Source: Ascidiella aspersa (Eukaryota). From it: a stretch of DNA of 64,000 bases. The translations under genes were made by a program, and so were the position numbers. Location: positions 22,630,001 to 22,694,000 of the forward strand of contig OZ004614.1 of NCBI GenBank assembly GCA_963924565.1, given 5' to 3'. Each line of letters begins with the position of its first letter. The stretch's first letter is position 1. Shown here in pieces: positions 37,901-51,038 of the stretch. The notes below the pieces were generated by a model that saw nothing but the letters and a program-made list of their open reading frames with translations, searched no databases and was not told the DNA's origin.

Positions 37901-40900
37901 TCATTTTACTATACACATTAATGCATCAATAAAACTCTTCGGTTTCTGTTGATTTTTTACTACTATCATTATTATTTTTTTACTCCAACATAATACAATA
38001 ATAACATAATAATATTATTATAGACATAATATGTTACATTTTGTGGCGAAATAAAAACAAAATTATGAATTTCTTGTTATTTCAACCATATTGTTAACTA
38101 AAATTATATCAAAAAAGCATCGGTAATTCAAACAGCTTTTTTAATATGGTAAGGCTTAGATGTTTCTATAGATTTTAAGTTTAAAATAACTGATTAGGAC
38201 AAATAAATATAAAAATACATTTAGTGTTATAGAGAAGCTAAAAATAATTTTAAAATGTCTAGAATAAGACAAAACTTGACCTGTGAAAAATTAAGAAAGC
38301 GGTATTCTGTCATTTTTGATTTGCCTAGTCATTTGTATAACAAAAGCGGATTGTCTTGAGACCATGCAGAAGCTTTATCAAACTTTTATTCTAGTTCTAC
38401 GTCCTTTTTGTTTTAAGGAACAACGTTGAGGTATCTTCCAGTTCAACTGCAGTTTACCAAGTACCAAGTAGAACCAGTAGAGGATCAACTGGCAACTCTG
38501 TTCTTTACATCAGAATAAACTACGACGCTGGAAACGGGGGTTTGTACGAATGTAGGACGACCAACTGGGCTGGAAGTGGCGTGGAAAGCAAGACTCTAGC
38601 TGTCCGTGGTAAGTAAAGCAACTGGCTTTTTTACGTAAAGGTGCCTTAACATCTATTTAATAGCAGAATATAGTGACCTATTGCTTAACATTACTACATC
38701 AAACATGCCGAAAGCAAAGCGTCGCTTATAACTGCCCCTTATTTTCCTAGCCTATATAAGTTATCTTCCTTTAATGCAGAGGCGGGCAACTTCTCCGGTC
38801 GGCGGGCCAGATATGGGAAAATAAAGTACTTGGTGGGCCGGATTAGGTAATGCCAAAGCTTGGATGTTTTGGCGCATAATTGCTGCTAAAGTTGTACTAT
38901 TTATACAATTTTATTGCAACACTTTTATTGCACATCAAACAAACTGCTTTCTTCCCGACCTAAAAAATAAACAAGTACAGAACTTGGTCAACCAAAAATC
39001 AGTATATTTGGAATGTTATAAGATAACAATATTTCGCAACTAAAAGTGTCAATACTAATCATGTATTTAGTAGCGAAATATATTCATCTTATAACATCCA
39101 AACATTCTTTATGATTGATGTGCAACCATAATCGTTTGTTTTCACAATTCGGATTCAGGCAGATTTTGTCATTCGAAAGAAAATTCTGATTATTGTCGAT
39201 TTGAGTGAAAAGTATTTTTGCATCCAATTCGCCACATTCTGTGTCAAACTTACGTTTCTTAGCAAATCCATGGGAAAATATTTATTTTAAATTGTAAATA
39301 TAATGTTAACACAAAACAAAGAAACCCGACCCGCGGGCCGTATGTTGCCCGCCCCTGCTTTAATATAAAGGCAATGTATACACACAGGATATAATCATGT
39401 TTTGTTTATTAAGCGCCCCCGGTTTACAAGCCATATCTAAACTAGTGTTTAACTTTAATTGCGCTACTGAAGACGTTTTGCATCGCCTGAAACTTTAATC
39501 AACTTCACACACTGATGCCTTGTATTGTTATTTTTATCCAAGTAACGGCGACTATAGCAACATCAACCACCTCGTTAAACCTTGTACACGGAGCAACTCA
39601 ACAAGTTAATTGTGAATCAAGAGGAAATCCCATACCACAAGTCAGTTGGCTGAGGTGGGTTTTGCATGACAACCAGTGGCGTAGCCAACCCAAAATTTTG
39701 GGGCATGGCAAAAAGTTTAAACTTTTTTGTTTAGTTTTCACCATTGTATTAACTGTCGTAACGAACACAAATAACAATGCCAGCAAACCGTTTAGAGCAG
39801 CAACTGACTGAGTGTGTATACTCAAAAACCATTAACGCAATACTCAGACTAAAAGTAGTATTTAATGTGCAAACGTAATGTTAACATTAATCGTTTGTGA
39901 TGTAACAGTGCATGACAATTGAAGGTGTGGCATGCCTGTGATCGACTGTTGTGGTACTGCTCATGAAAGCTACAAAACAAATTATAATTAAGGGTAAAAT
40001 ATTTATAAATTTTGAGGGGGACGTGGTCCCCCATTTTCCTATTACAACTAGACTGCCGTAAGGTTCGAACTTACGGCCTCGGCCATACTGGGATCGTCGC
40101 TCTACCAACTTAGTCGCAGACCACAATTGTTGTAGACGTATGTGCTCATAGGTTTTATTCACTACATGATATTTTATTAATATACAAATTTAGGAATGGT
40201 TCATTAGTTTCGACCGACCCAACCCACAACGTTTACCAATCCACATATTCAAGCGGATATTACGTGAAGCGAACCCTGCACATCAGACTTGTGAACGTTC
40301 ATGATGGTGGAAGCTACGTTTGTAAAGTTGCAGCAAACTCAGCTATTGGAGAACTAACACGAACGTTAACTGTTACAGGTAACGTAGGTTTCATGACACA
40401 ATTTATTACAATAAAATGTGTTTACGGTTAAAGAAGTTTAATAAGTTATTTTTATGTAGAAAAGATTATTATTAGAATTTGTTTTTGCACTGCTATTCGA
40501 AAAATAAAATAAGCTTTAGACAGAAGCAAACAATGTTAGCTTTAACAGTCCCTAACGAATGGCCTTAGGCGCATGATTGGATAGACACACCAGTAAAATA
40601 TAATAACTCACCCCATTCGAACGTCATTAGTTTAAAGTATTAGTTTTTCAAAATAGTACACCAACAGCCATCGCAGACACGCCGAATCTGATAATCAATG
40701 ATGCAAGCAAGGCAGTTTAGAGAAACAACGAAATTGCAGTGAGGTTCGAACTCACGACCTCGGCTACACCGGGACTGTCGCTCTACCAACTGAGCTACAC
40801 AGGCTCAGAGTGGACCGAGTCGAGAAACAACCATAGGCCAAATGCTTGCTTGTTTTAGCAATTTATATTGAAGGGAATCAACAGTGCCATATCATCATTG

Positions 40901-43900
40901 AAAGATACAGACGTAGATGCGTTCAACAACTTTTCAACAATGAGATCACAGTTGTTGTACACATATGTGGGAACATCTTTCATTGAACGATATGGTAGTA
41001 AAGCGACGGTCCCGGTATGGCCGGAGGTCGTGAGTTTGAACCTTACTACAGGGTAGATGTTCACAACAAACATTTGTATAGCATCATTAGTTTTGTAAAA
41101 GATAACAATTTATAAAACGTTTTGCAGTGCAACCAAACATGACTTTATCAACACCGAACGTAATCACAGCCTACTACGGCGATAAATTGAACACATCAAG
41201 CTGTATCAGTTACGGTCATCCCACGCCTAATTTATATTGGAAGAGGTTAGTTGTGATTATTAACGGTTCAGTCTCAAACATTTTTACTGGAATCAATTTT
41301 GATTCTTTAATTGCTGACCACACTATTTTTTTGAAAAATAAATAAAAATCAAATAAATAATCTGTTGGATAATTATTTTAATGTACAAATCAGAAAGAAT
41401 AAAACATTAAAATTAAAATTTTGGGGGTGCTGAATTAAACATATGTTACGCGTACCCCTTAAAAGTTCTGAAAACTGAAACTGAGAGATTCGCGGGCCAG
41501 AGTGTGCAAACCACTGGGTGACTGTCTTCGAACGCTAATAAATTGACGGAAATGAATTTAGTACGGGTGGTGCTGCGGTCTCTTCCAACATCAATGATCT
41601 GTATTATCAAACGAACCTGACTGAAGCTGCGAAATACAAATCAACAGCAACTCTCCACATTCCAAAAGCAATGGTTGAAGTGGCAGGAAAATACAACTGC
41701 ATCGCCCAAAACGGAGGAATTGTGAAGACTGCAATTCTGGAAATATTAAGTAAGTGTCATACTGTGAACCAGGGCTGCGGAGTCGGTTTAGAACAACTCG
41801 AGTGCGACTCCGGCTTAAAAACTAAGTGAAATCCTGAGTACGACTCCGGCAAATAAACCGACTTCGTCAAGTCCCTCGTCCGACCCATGAGTCCTGTATT
41901 TCAGTCATCTAATAAAAAGGACGAATATACAGCAATCCACCAATAGCGGTAGTCATATAACTCATCCACCCACACAACGTTGATTGCATATAATTAATCC
42001 ATTCCACCTTTACGGTTTATAATATTTGGTCTTATCGATTGCGAACCTGCTACTGTGCAAGCGCACGTCAGACTCAGCAGTTTAGTGTTATTCGTGACAA
42101 CTTTAGTTAAATAAACAGACCTCGACGAGTCCCGAGTCTTGAGTCTGCCTCTGACTCTGCTGTCTTGGTCTAAATACCGCATGTAAATAAAACCGTATTC
42201 TTCCACTTAATTTCAAAATGTTTTCTCTATAAAAATGTAAAATCGCGTAGTAAGTGTCAAAACTCACAGTTTAATATAAACTTTTGTTGAAAAATACATT
42301 AAGCAGTATACCTTTATCACTTTTGGCATTTCCTTAATTTAATTACTATCGTTCAAATGATTTAACGAAACAAGTACCAGAGTTTATAAATGGGTACCGT
42401 TGTTGAGAGGCATGTTAATTATTTACGTAAAAAGTAATTTTGAAATCCCAGTTGAGTAATTCATCAAATAGATATACTTTGACCTGATGAAGCACGGTTG
42501 TGCGAAAGCTTGTCGAGAATCAAATACAATTTGGCTTTATACAGTGCCACCTGATTTCTCTATATCAAATCATTTGTGTCTGAGTCAAGTCATTTGCTAA
42601 AAAACCTGAGTCAAGTGAAATTATTTAAAAACAATGACTTAAGTGCACTAGTCATTACAACTTAAGCGCACTAGTCATTACAACACTAATCGTTGCACAT
42701 AGGGCCACACAATATTTCAGTATTATCAGTTTTAACATTTTTAATGTTTTCAGTCCACGCCAACATTTCACTTTCCCCATCATCGCCTTGGAAGATCCCA
42801 GTGTTTCCAGCTAGTTTCCACGTGGATTGCGTGTCTTATGGATGGCGGCCACCAACAGTCACATGGAGCATGTAATTTTTTGCAGTAATAACTAGTAAAT
42901 AATAATGAATCTGCAACAATATGTAGTGAAACCTCAAAATAATAAACCATATAATGATCGAGTTTGTTTTAGAGAAACAAAATGGTACATTTCTTGTTCG
43001 TTTGATTCATATGCTGACCATATAACAATATTTCCAGGTATTTGGTTGTACTTAAAAATAACCTCTAAAAACGTTAAACTTAGCAGCAGAAAAGCGACTA
43101 ATTTTAAATGTAATTTTAATCCAACTTGTGAATGGCTTATGTGCTTTAGCTTTTGTTCTGATCCAATTCGTGTTTTGTCAAACATACTTCTTCGTCCAAC
43201 GGCATTTTCAGCCTGTATGCTAAAAAGTACTAATATCACTTTAGAAGTATTAGTTCATTCTTATGGAAATAAATTGCGTTTGAACTAAATTGATTGTAAA
43301 TTATTTGGCCTTGTAGTTTAAAGTATAGTTTATTGTCTAGCTTTTAAGGATTGTGTAAATCTAATTGTGATATGTATTAGAAAAAGTAAAATGTTTCAAT
43401 TTAATTATATTATAATTAAAGCATAAAAATAAATCTTGGTAGCCAAGTTCGTTTAATAGCTAAAAAAGTTAGGCCTTATTTAAAGCTTAAAACCAAAACT
43501 GTTGTCTACATCGTTTTTGTAGAAACTCACAAACTATCAGCTCCAATGCGGCATCTCAAGTGCATCAAAGAACAACCATCAACATTCCAACTAGCCAACA
43601 GATTGGTCGTCTCCAGTTTAACGCAGCAAACATCGAGCAAGTTGGAGTTTACAAATGCACAGCAAGCAACAACAAAGACAACGCTCATGCTGCTAACACT
43701 ACGTTTCAATTTCAAGGTAGCGATATACTTATAAGACGATGTAGCGAAATTATTACTGTTGTTGCGGCATTGTATCAATTATAAAATTATTTTTCGGAAT
43801 CACGGAAGCGACTCCTTAATTTTTTATTAATTTTTGCAGCAAAGGCCAACATATCTCTCTCGTCCGCAACAATTTCCCTCAAAGGCTGTAAACAGCAACA

Positions 43901-46900
43901 TATTAACTGCACATCGTATGGCTTTCCAACACCACAAATTTACTGGACAAGGTAAGCGATCAACACATTCCAACATTAAAGTTAATACGCTATGCTCAAA
44001 TTTAAACAACTTTCGCAACTTATGCCGTGATACAAATTGACAAGATTTTAACGCCTTCAAATGGCTGTATTGACTGAAAACAAAATAGTGTCAACTTTTT
44101 GGTTGGCGCTTCATTTGGACATACTTATGTACTTTAACCAGTGCTGCGGAGGCGGTTTAAAACAATCCAGTTAGTCCCCGGTGTAGAAAATTAAGTCGAT
44201 TCCTTAGTCTGCTCTCCGCAGCCTAAACTGCAGTTTTACCTCAGGATCGTATTAAAGCATAACAATCTATTTAATGTTAAGTAATTTTTAGTCATGAGCC
44301 GTCACTTACTACAATTTGTTATTGCTTCTTTTATTCCCGAAAAATTTCATGACAAAAACAAAATGTTTTTTAAAAGTGTATATCCAAAGTAAACGCATCT
44401 CTTGTTTATTTCACTTGCAGAGCATCAAGCAATATATCGGTAGACAATAGGACCAACGTATATCAGAGTATATTTCACGAGATGATCTACAAGACTGTGG
44501 CTGTTATAACATTTAAAGCAACTTATTCACCAGCGGACGGTGGAAGTTACGTATGCCATGCAAACAACATAGTGGGCGACGGCATACTAACCACAGTACA
44601 AAAGACACTACTAGTTAGAGGTAAGAGTCCAAACAAACGTAAAAAATCTTGTTGCTGACACAAACAAAGTAGAATCGCTTGTTTAAACACGAAATATACA
44701 AAATCGTGCATGTTATGGATTCCAAAAGCATTAGCAGCAGGTGTCCTCTTGTCGATCAATGCTCCGCTGACGTTTGTATCATATCGGGGTTTAAATCTTT
44801 TTGTTGCTAAAACTGTTTTCAATAAAAAACATGCCACAACTATTCGATACGCAACTTGAGATTCATTAGCGATTTCGTACTGAATAACCTTATATATCAC
44901 GGTTACAAATCACTAACATTAATCTGATTTCTATGATGTTGCCATGTTTTATATTTGTAATGTATTGAACTTCCTACTTAAAAAAATTGACTACAAAAAA
45001 ATTATTTTATTTTAAGTAAAACCTCAGTTACTTCACGCGTCATCACCATCGAACGAATTCAGCCAATCGCAGTGGTTGAATTGCACGTTTTCCGCCGACC
45101 AGTCGACCACCTTTCACTGGACCATCAACGACCAAAACGTCACAATCAACAGCGACGCGTCGCCAACCTATGTCACAATTCATCGGACAAACAACACAGT
45201 TACGTCACAACTAACAATAGAAGCTTCCGCGATATTTGGTGCCAACGCAAGTGTGAAGTGTTTGGCTGAAAATGGAGAAGGTGTCGCAAGCAATGTTGCT
45301 GTAATCAACAAAGGTACGGCTTTAAAATTTAAGTTTAAGATGACGATTTATTTCTGATACGTCATAGTGAATTCTAAGTTAAAGTCATAATGACCTAGCG
45401 ATAAAAGGTACACGCCAAAACAATTTACAAGAAAAAGACTGAGATTGTGTAAAAATTGTTATTGTGAATTTTAGTATTAAAAGGAAACATATCACTGGGG
45501 TTTATATTTAGTGGATCTTGGAATTGAAAATATATAAAATCGTTTTTAGTTTCGGATTTTCTGATGTGTATCTAATCAATATAGATTTAGCCGCAATTTG
45601 TCTCAATTATCTCAAAATATTGAAATAACGTGAACAAAAATGATCTAATTTTATCTAAAAATGTAAAATAAAACCATTTAATCGAACTAGAGTCGCTTGT
45701 CCCAATGACCTCGGTCAAAACAAGTCGTTTTATCCAAGCGAATCATGTCGAGTCATTTAAAAGCACTGACTTAAGTTAAGTACACTTAAGTCAAGTCATT
45801 GACTTATGTAATTATAATACTGTTTAAATGTGTAGACTTTAATTAACTTTTCTTTAACCATTTTATAGACTTGCTATTTGACCATGGACAGTTCTTCGTC
45901 CGCTACCAGCTCCACAGAAGTCAAGCTGATGCCAAACTGCATTGTGAAAACAACGGAGGGAAATTACCGCCATCTAAATATCTAAATGGAAGTTCTTTAG
46001 CAACTTCATCCACAAACCAAGCAGTTTGGAGAAACGGTAATTATCACATCTAATTACTTGCAATTGCGATTAGTGTTTAACAACTTTACTTTAAAGCAGC
46101 GAACGCAAGTCACACAAGCTGTACAACGTTTTACAACGGAGGGATTCAATTGATGAATTGCAGCGCTTCTTTACCTGTCCTATGTGTATTTCCTGGTAAG
46201 TAGGAAGCGCTAGTTACAGCCTAATTCGCATTCAGTCTAATATATTTTGAAATTATCTTACCTTTATATAAAAATAGCTTAATCCCTGCCCATTACTTAG
46301 TCTTATTTCTATGACTGGTTTAACTATTTATAAAATATGTACAGCCAACCTTAATAACTAACGCATTACTCTGGTAATTCTAACGCTGCTTTTACAAACT
46401 GTCCAATCTTTTTTGTGTTTTCCACTTGCTCAAAAAAAAAGAAGATGGCACTGACTTTGGATTTAGACAAACAGTTCACTCATGTGCGCAACTTGTGTCT
46501 GTTATATGTTTGTTGGGTTATTATGGTAATTGATAGAACTTTATTTTTGATGTTTCAGTGGTTGGTTTTATTGAAGCTACCAAGTGCCACAGTGATAAAA
46601 TAATTGTGAAGTGGTTTGAGGAAATTAAATATTCCAGAAGTTTCAACTATCAACTGACTGCGAAAAGTTCTGACAAATTGATTAACATCGTTAAAAATTA
46701 TAAACAAAGCGCTTTCACAACTAACATGTACACAACAACTTTTCCAAAACTGGTTCCGAATGAAAAATACAACATTCAAGTAAATCATATTTATAATAAT
46801 TGCAATTAGTTTTGATATCTTAATAATCATAATAATTATTTTTAAACAATAATGTATTATTTCTTAGATCAAGCTGTTTCCTGATTTTTGGAAAGTTCCG

Positions 46901-48590
46901 CAAACACCTTCAGTTTCTGGATCAACTTCAGATGTTTTTGAGAAGATTGTTTCTCAACTTACTCTTGAAAATAAAATCTGCAAAGTCAGAATCACAATGC
47001 CGCAGTCAACTATAGCAGCCATCTTAAGCGCTAAGGTTCGAGTTTCCCTATTAATTTCTATTGTTATAGACAGGAAGTCATTGAATTGACTGCTGTATTA
47101 TTTATTTCTAGATCAATATAAAGAGAAGCATCAACAACCAAAGCGAAATCTCTGAAGTCGCTTTGACACCTTCAGTTTTAATGACACGTAATTTTTCAAT
47201 AAATCGAGGTGAAACGATCACAATGGATTTTCATCCCATGACGTCATCTTGTAGAAGTACAATTCTTCCGGTAGATGGCGTATGTTACTTGCCACTAGGT
47301 AATTTTTTGCGTTCTCTGTTAACATTTACCCGATAAATGTATTGTTTAGTTGTTTAGGCACCAGGAACTAATATTATATCGTATGGCAAACCTATTGTTA
47401 TGGAATCATACCATGTGGTCTTTTGTTTTTTTATATGTAGATTATTCAGAGATTTCTACACCACCTATTACAACATCACCTATTTCAACAACACCTATTT
47501 CAACAACACCTATTTCAATCACCGAAAAACAACCGAATGTCAAATCTTTTGTAGGTGTACCTGTGGGTATTTCCTGCGCTGTAATAGTTGTCATTTGTGC
47601 TGCTGTTGCTGTCTTCATTAAAAGGTAACCAACATTATACATCAAATGTTTCTTAACGTTAAATCAAACTTATAACGAATATACCTCTTAATACAGAAAC
47701 CAAATTCGGTCTAGTTTGGGAAAAAGGTCAAGCAACAACGTGAATTCGGGATCGCCAACTAACAAAGGTAGCATTCACGTATTCCTCCCTTGAAGTTATA
47801 TTGGCAATAAACATTTCTCGGTTATAACTTGCAGTAAAAACGCTTTGAGCGTTTGTACTGCAATATTGCATGGATAAATCAGTTTGGGACGCTGAAAATG
47901 TGTGAAAACTGGCGAGTAATAATTCATACCCTTAATTATGCATTAACCAAGTAACCCAAGCCAAAAAACTCACGTTTAAAGCATTTACTGCAGTTTTGTG
48001 GTTCAAAGTTCAACGAGTCTTGTTCATCTGTGTAGCTTATCAAATCGAACCACATCCCCTAGTTTAAAAACCAATAAGGTTCCAAACTGTAGATGGAAAA
48101 ATTCTAAAAGCATATAGTGGAATATTGTCCAACCATGTTATAAGGTTGGGTGATTTTTATGACACCCCTATGAGTGCATTGCCGCATAAACCGGCTACTT
48201 TAAAGTTACGTGCATGGGTAGAATATAGGCCGAAGTCTGACACTGGTTGTTTTCAATCGAATTCGCTGGGAATAACAACAATGTTTTGCGATGTTAACAT
48301 TATTTGCAGTCAACGACTACGATTCTGACATTGGCAATGCTCAAACTTCACGTCACAACTACGTCAACACCAGCTTTGCAGCTTCCCCGAATACTGACGT
48401 CATCAAAGCATCCGGTGACGATACCGACTACGTCATGCCAAATGCCTACGTCAAAGAGAATAATGCCACTTACGAAAACGGAAATGTTGGAGTTCAGAGC
48501 GTGGAAGAAGTTGGTGCAAGTGAAAACACAGCATACGAGCAGTTTGCTAATAGTGATGCTGTGCAATCTGTATACGAGAAAGTTAAATAG
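34958..48590 (+). CDS. Copy B: apparently intact CTLD-Ig7-CTLD-FN3-like-TM receptor with Tyr-motif/ITIM tail (~1324 aa)
   Basis: 24 GT-AG exons totalling 3975 nt with no internal stop. Leader 34958-35009 (MLILFLLLLMSLRTDKT); CTLD 35523-35711, 35779-35856, 36348-36521; Ig1 37039-37314; Ig2 37528-37639+38418-38608; Ig3 39543-39654+40194-40378; Ig4 41128-41245+41562-41749; Ig5 42754-42871+43523-43716; Ig6 43840-43951+44421-44620; Ig7 45017-45313; CTLD2 45869-46036+46097-46195; FN3-like 46559-46779, 46868-47035, 47112-47298; stalk/TM 47441-47624; tail 47697-47767, 48310-48590. Confidence 0.9.
38777..39357. mobile_element. hAT-type MITE
   Basis: TIRs CAGAGGCGGGCAAC / GTTGCCCGCCCCTG; TSD CTTTAATG / CTTTAATA. 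Confidence 0.88.
40735..40836 (-). mobile_element. tRNA-derived repeat (SINE-like)
   Basis: Minus strand GAGCCTGTGTAGCTCAGTTGGTAGAGCGACAGTCCCGGTGTAGCCGAGGTCGTGAGTTCGAACCTCACTGC has A and B boxes but no proper acceptor stem or 7-nt anticodon loop. Other copies are at ~40058-40118(-), 40994-41051(+) and 1019-1115(+). Confidence 0.7.
42478..42517 (+). ncRNA. Minimal type I hammerhead ribozyme (Penelope-like element type)
   Basis: TTTGAC-CTGATGA-A-GCAC(GGTT)GTGC-GAAA-GC-TT-GTCGAG: stem I TTTGAC/GTCGAG, core CUGAUGA and GAAA, 4-bp stem II and a palindromic AGCT mini-stem III. Confidence 0.75.
47452..47517 (+). repeat. 15-bp coding minisatellite (ISTTP)n in the juxtamembrane stalk
   Basis: Four full units in copy B versus two in copy A (29712-29741); accounts for the 184 vs 154 nt exon lengths. 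Confidence 0.9.
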
Positions 48591-51038
48591 AGTTATTCAA
48601 CTTAATAGACCTTTGAAAACAAATCAAATCAAACAACCGTGGTGTTATGTACAATCTCCCGACTACGAAACATGAATGCAACGCTAAGTTCTTAAACTGT
48701 TTTAATGCAATAACGTAGCCCACGAAAAAATTACAGTCATTGCGATTACATCTATTTTGTAATGTTTTAATCATACAAATTTTCTACATATATTATTTCT
48801 GCTTAATTAAATAATTTTGTTTTATTTCTATAAATTTATTTAATAAACACTCCCAGATTCATTGCGGTAGTGTGGTGTTCACCGCCTTAATTCCATTAGC
48901 TTTTGCTTAACGACTGACGTAATAAAACACCTATGTGCCTCACAATCATTATTCCTAACCCCTTTATTTCGTCATATTGTCTCCGCTATCTCCAGCCATT
49001 CCCTTCCATGCTAGCATTTATATACATGTATTTGTTTTCAGTGTGCTAAGTTTTAGTTTTTGCTGTTTGTCGATTTTGTCAGAAATATGACTAATTGTGC
49101 AACTCCAAACACAAATGAACAGATGTACAAGCACTTTAGAAAGATAAACTATATTTTTTAACATTTGGCCTCCCCAAAGTCAAACCTTCAGTCTAACAAT
49201 CTTTTGAATATGACTGCAAGGACATAGTTCTATATGTTCAAGTGACTTCCATTTTATTTATTTGTTTTTTGATCGTGTTACTGAAATGAATTATTAATAT
49301 ATTTGAAGGTGTATGTGTTATATTCAACCCATGTTTAATGGACCCATATGCCTACTGGGTATGTTATTGCTTTACAATGATGACCAGCTGCTTTCAGGTC
49401 TACAACACTTAAATTTTTAAGCTGAATTAACAAAAAACAACTTATACTCATGTGGTTGGTCGTACGTAAGAGTATAGCGTCTGCTTCTTAGCTTAATTGT
49501 TTGAACAACACTTGCTGTTTTGTTATACGCGTAATTTCTTGACAGGATTCAAAACACCGACAATTGGATATTCTATGGTGGGTGTTAGCATAGTTGCGTT
49601 ACAAAATTTAAATCACTTAAAATAAATTAGTGATCTGATTAACCCTATATGTGCTTTTTATTTGATTATATCAATCTCATCGTGTCTAACACTGTAAAAA
49701 GTCCTGAAAAACCGTGTTTCTTTGTTTTAAATATTTTCTAACGTCAACTGAAACGATTTGCGTCTCCTGTTTGAAAATTGTTTTTCTTTTAAGCCGTATA
49801 ATTTACTTGCTCTTCATGCGTTACAGCACGTTTGGCGATCAATAAGCAACATTAACAATGAATTTGTTTGTTATAACGGCCAAATACAATAGAAGCAAAA
49901 TGTAATAATAATTGTGAAACCGTTGTACTGCTTTATGCCTAAGCCTAATTTGGCTTCGTTTAACCAACGCAATGAGGCTGTCCCGATAAAAATGCTGTTC
50001 TAATATAGAATGTTTGTTTGTCTTTTAGGTGGGATGTAAGTCGTAATGCATGTATGACGCCTGCAAAGTCTATTTGTGGCCTTAACATTACTGTTTCTGA
50101 CTTTCCTTTAAACGTTTTTCCCATGTTTGTGAATGCTTTTTCATATTTTTTGAATCCTTTTTTACAAGTTGTGTAACTATAACCTTGATATGAAAGTATA
50201 CCCTTGGCATTAATATGTATTTTCTACTGGTAGCATGATAGAAGATTTCTTTTTGAAAACCAAAACGCCATCGCATGTTAGGGCGAAGTGATAAAAAACA
50301 CTTAGTGTATGGCTGTATGGTCGAGCGCCAAGAGACGACCAATCAAGTGCTTGTTTAGTTTCAATCATTAAACGTCCAATCTGTCACACGTGTGGGACAA
50401 AAAATGTTTATCGTTAGAAAACACTTTTTAGTGTAAAATTTAATCAAAAGATGTACCGGTAGCAGTTGTCTTTAACCGCTGTTTTTGGTAGATAGTGTAT
50501 ACTGACTCTAATTACCTCCTATATAATGGGTGTTGAAAAAAGGTTAGGTTTGATGTATATAAAACTGCTGTAATTAATTGGTTTGGCGAACTTAGTCTTT
50601 CTACTCAAAAACGTGTCGCTGAAGACAAAAGTTATGGATGAAAAATACGGCTGTCAACCAAGACTAATTTAAGTCTTTGTATTGCATGTTAAATTAGCGT
50701 TGTTTTCAAATTGAAAAATGAAGAAATATCTGTGAGTGGTATTTGCCAGCTTGTTTAAGTATTTACGATTGTATGAGTGACACAAAGCTGCTGTATGTCG
50801 TAAACATGTTGTCAACGCAATAGTTTGTTGTTTTTCTTTCTTCCCGTCATAACGGCCTTTATTTGAACTGTGTGAGATTTGAAACGGCTCGTTTTTTAAT
50901 CTACGTATTTCCTACTGATATGCTTGGCTCACATCTTAACAATTGATCATTGGTTTATTAGTGTGATGTGGATGAACTAGGATAGCTAGCTCAATAGTTT
51001 AATTCTTGACAATAAAATATTTGCCTGTATTTCATCCG

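Noticed and set aside
40735-40806. Possible tRNA gene
   Set aside because: A and B boxes are present, but there is no pairing acceptor stem or canonical anticodon arm, and several decayed dispersed copies indicate a repeat.
42905-43288. Assorted 100-135 aa ORFs in AT-rich introns and spacers (also 922-1242, 1682-2089, 44547-44900)
   Set aside because: No domain motifs, no paralog conservation, and they overlap repeats or antisense exons; consistent with chance ORFs.
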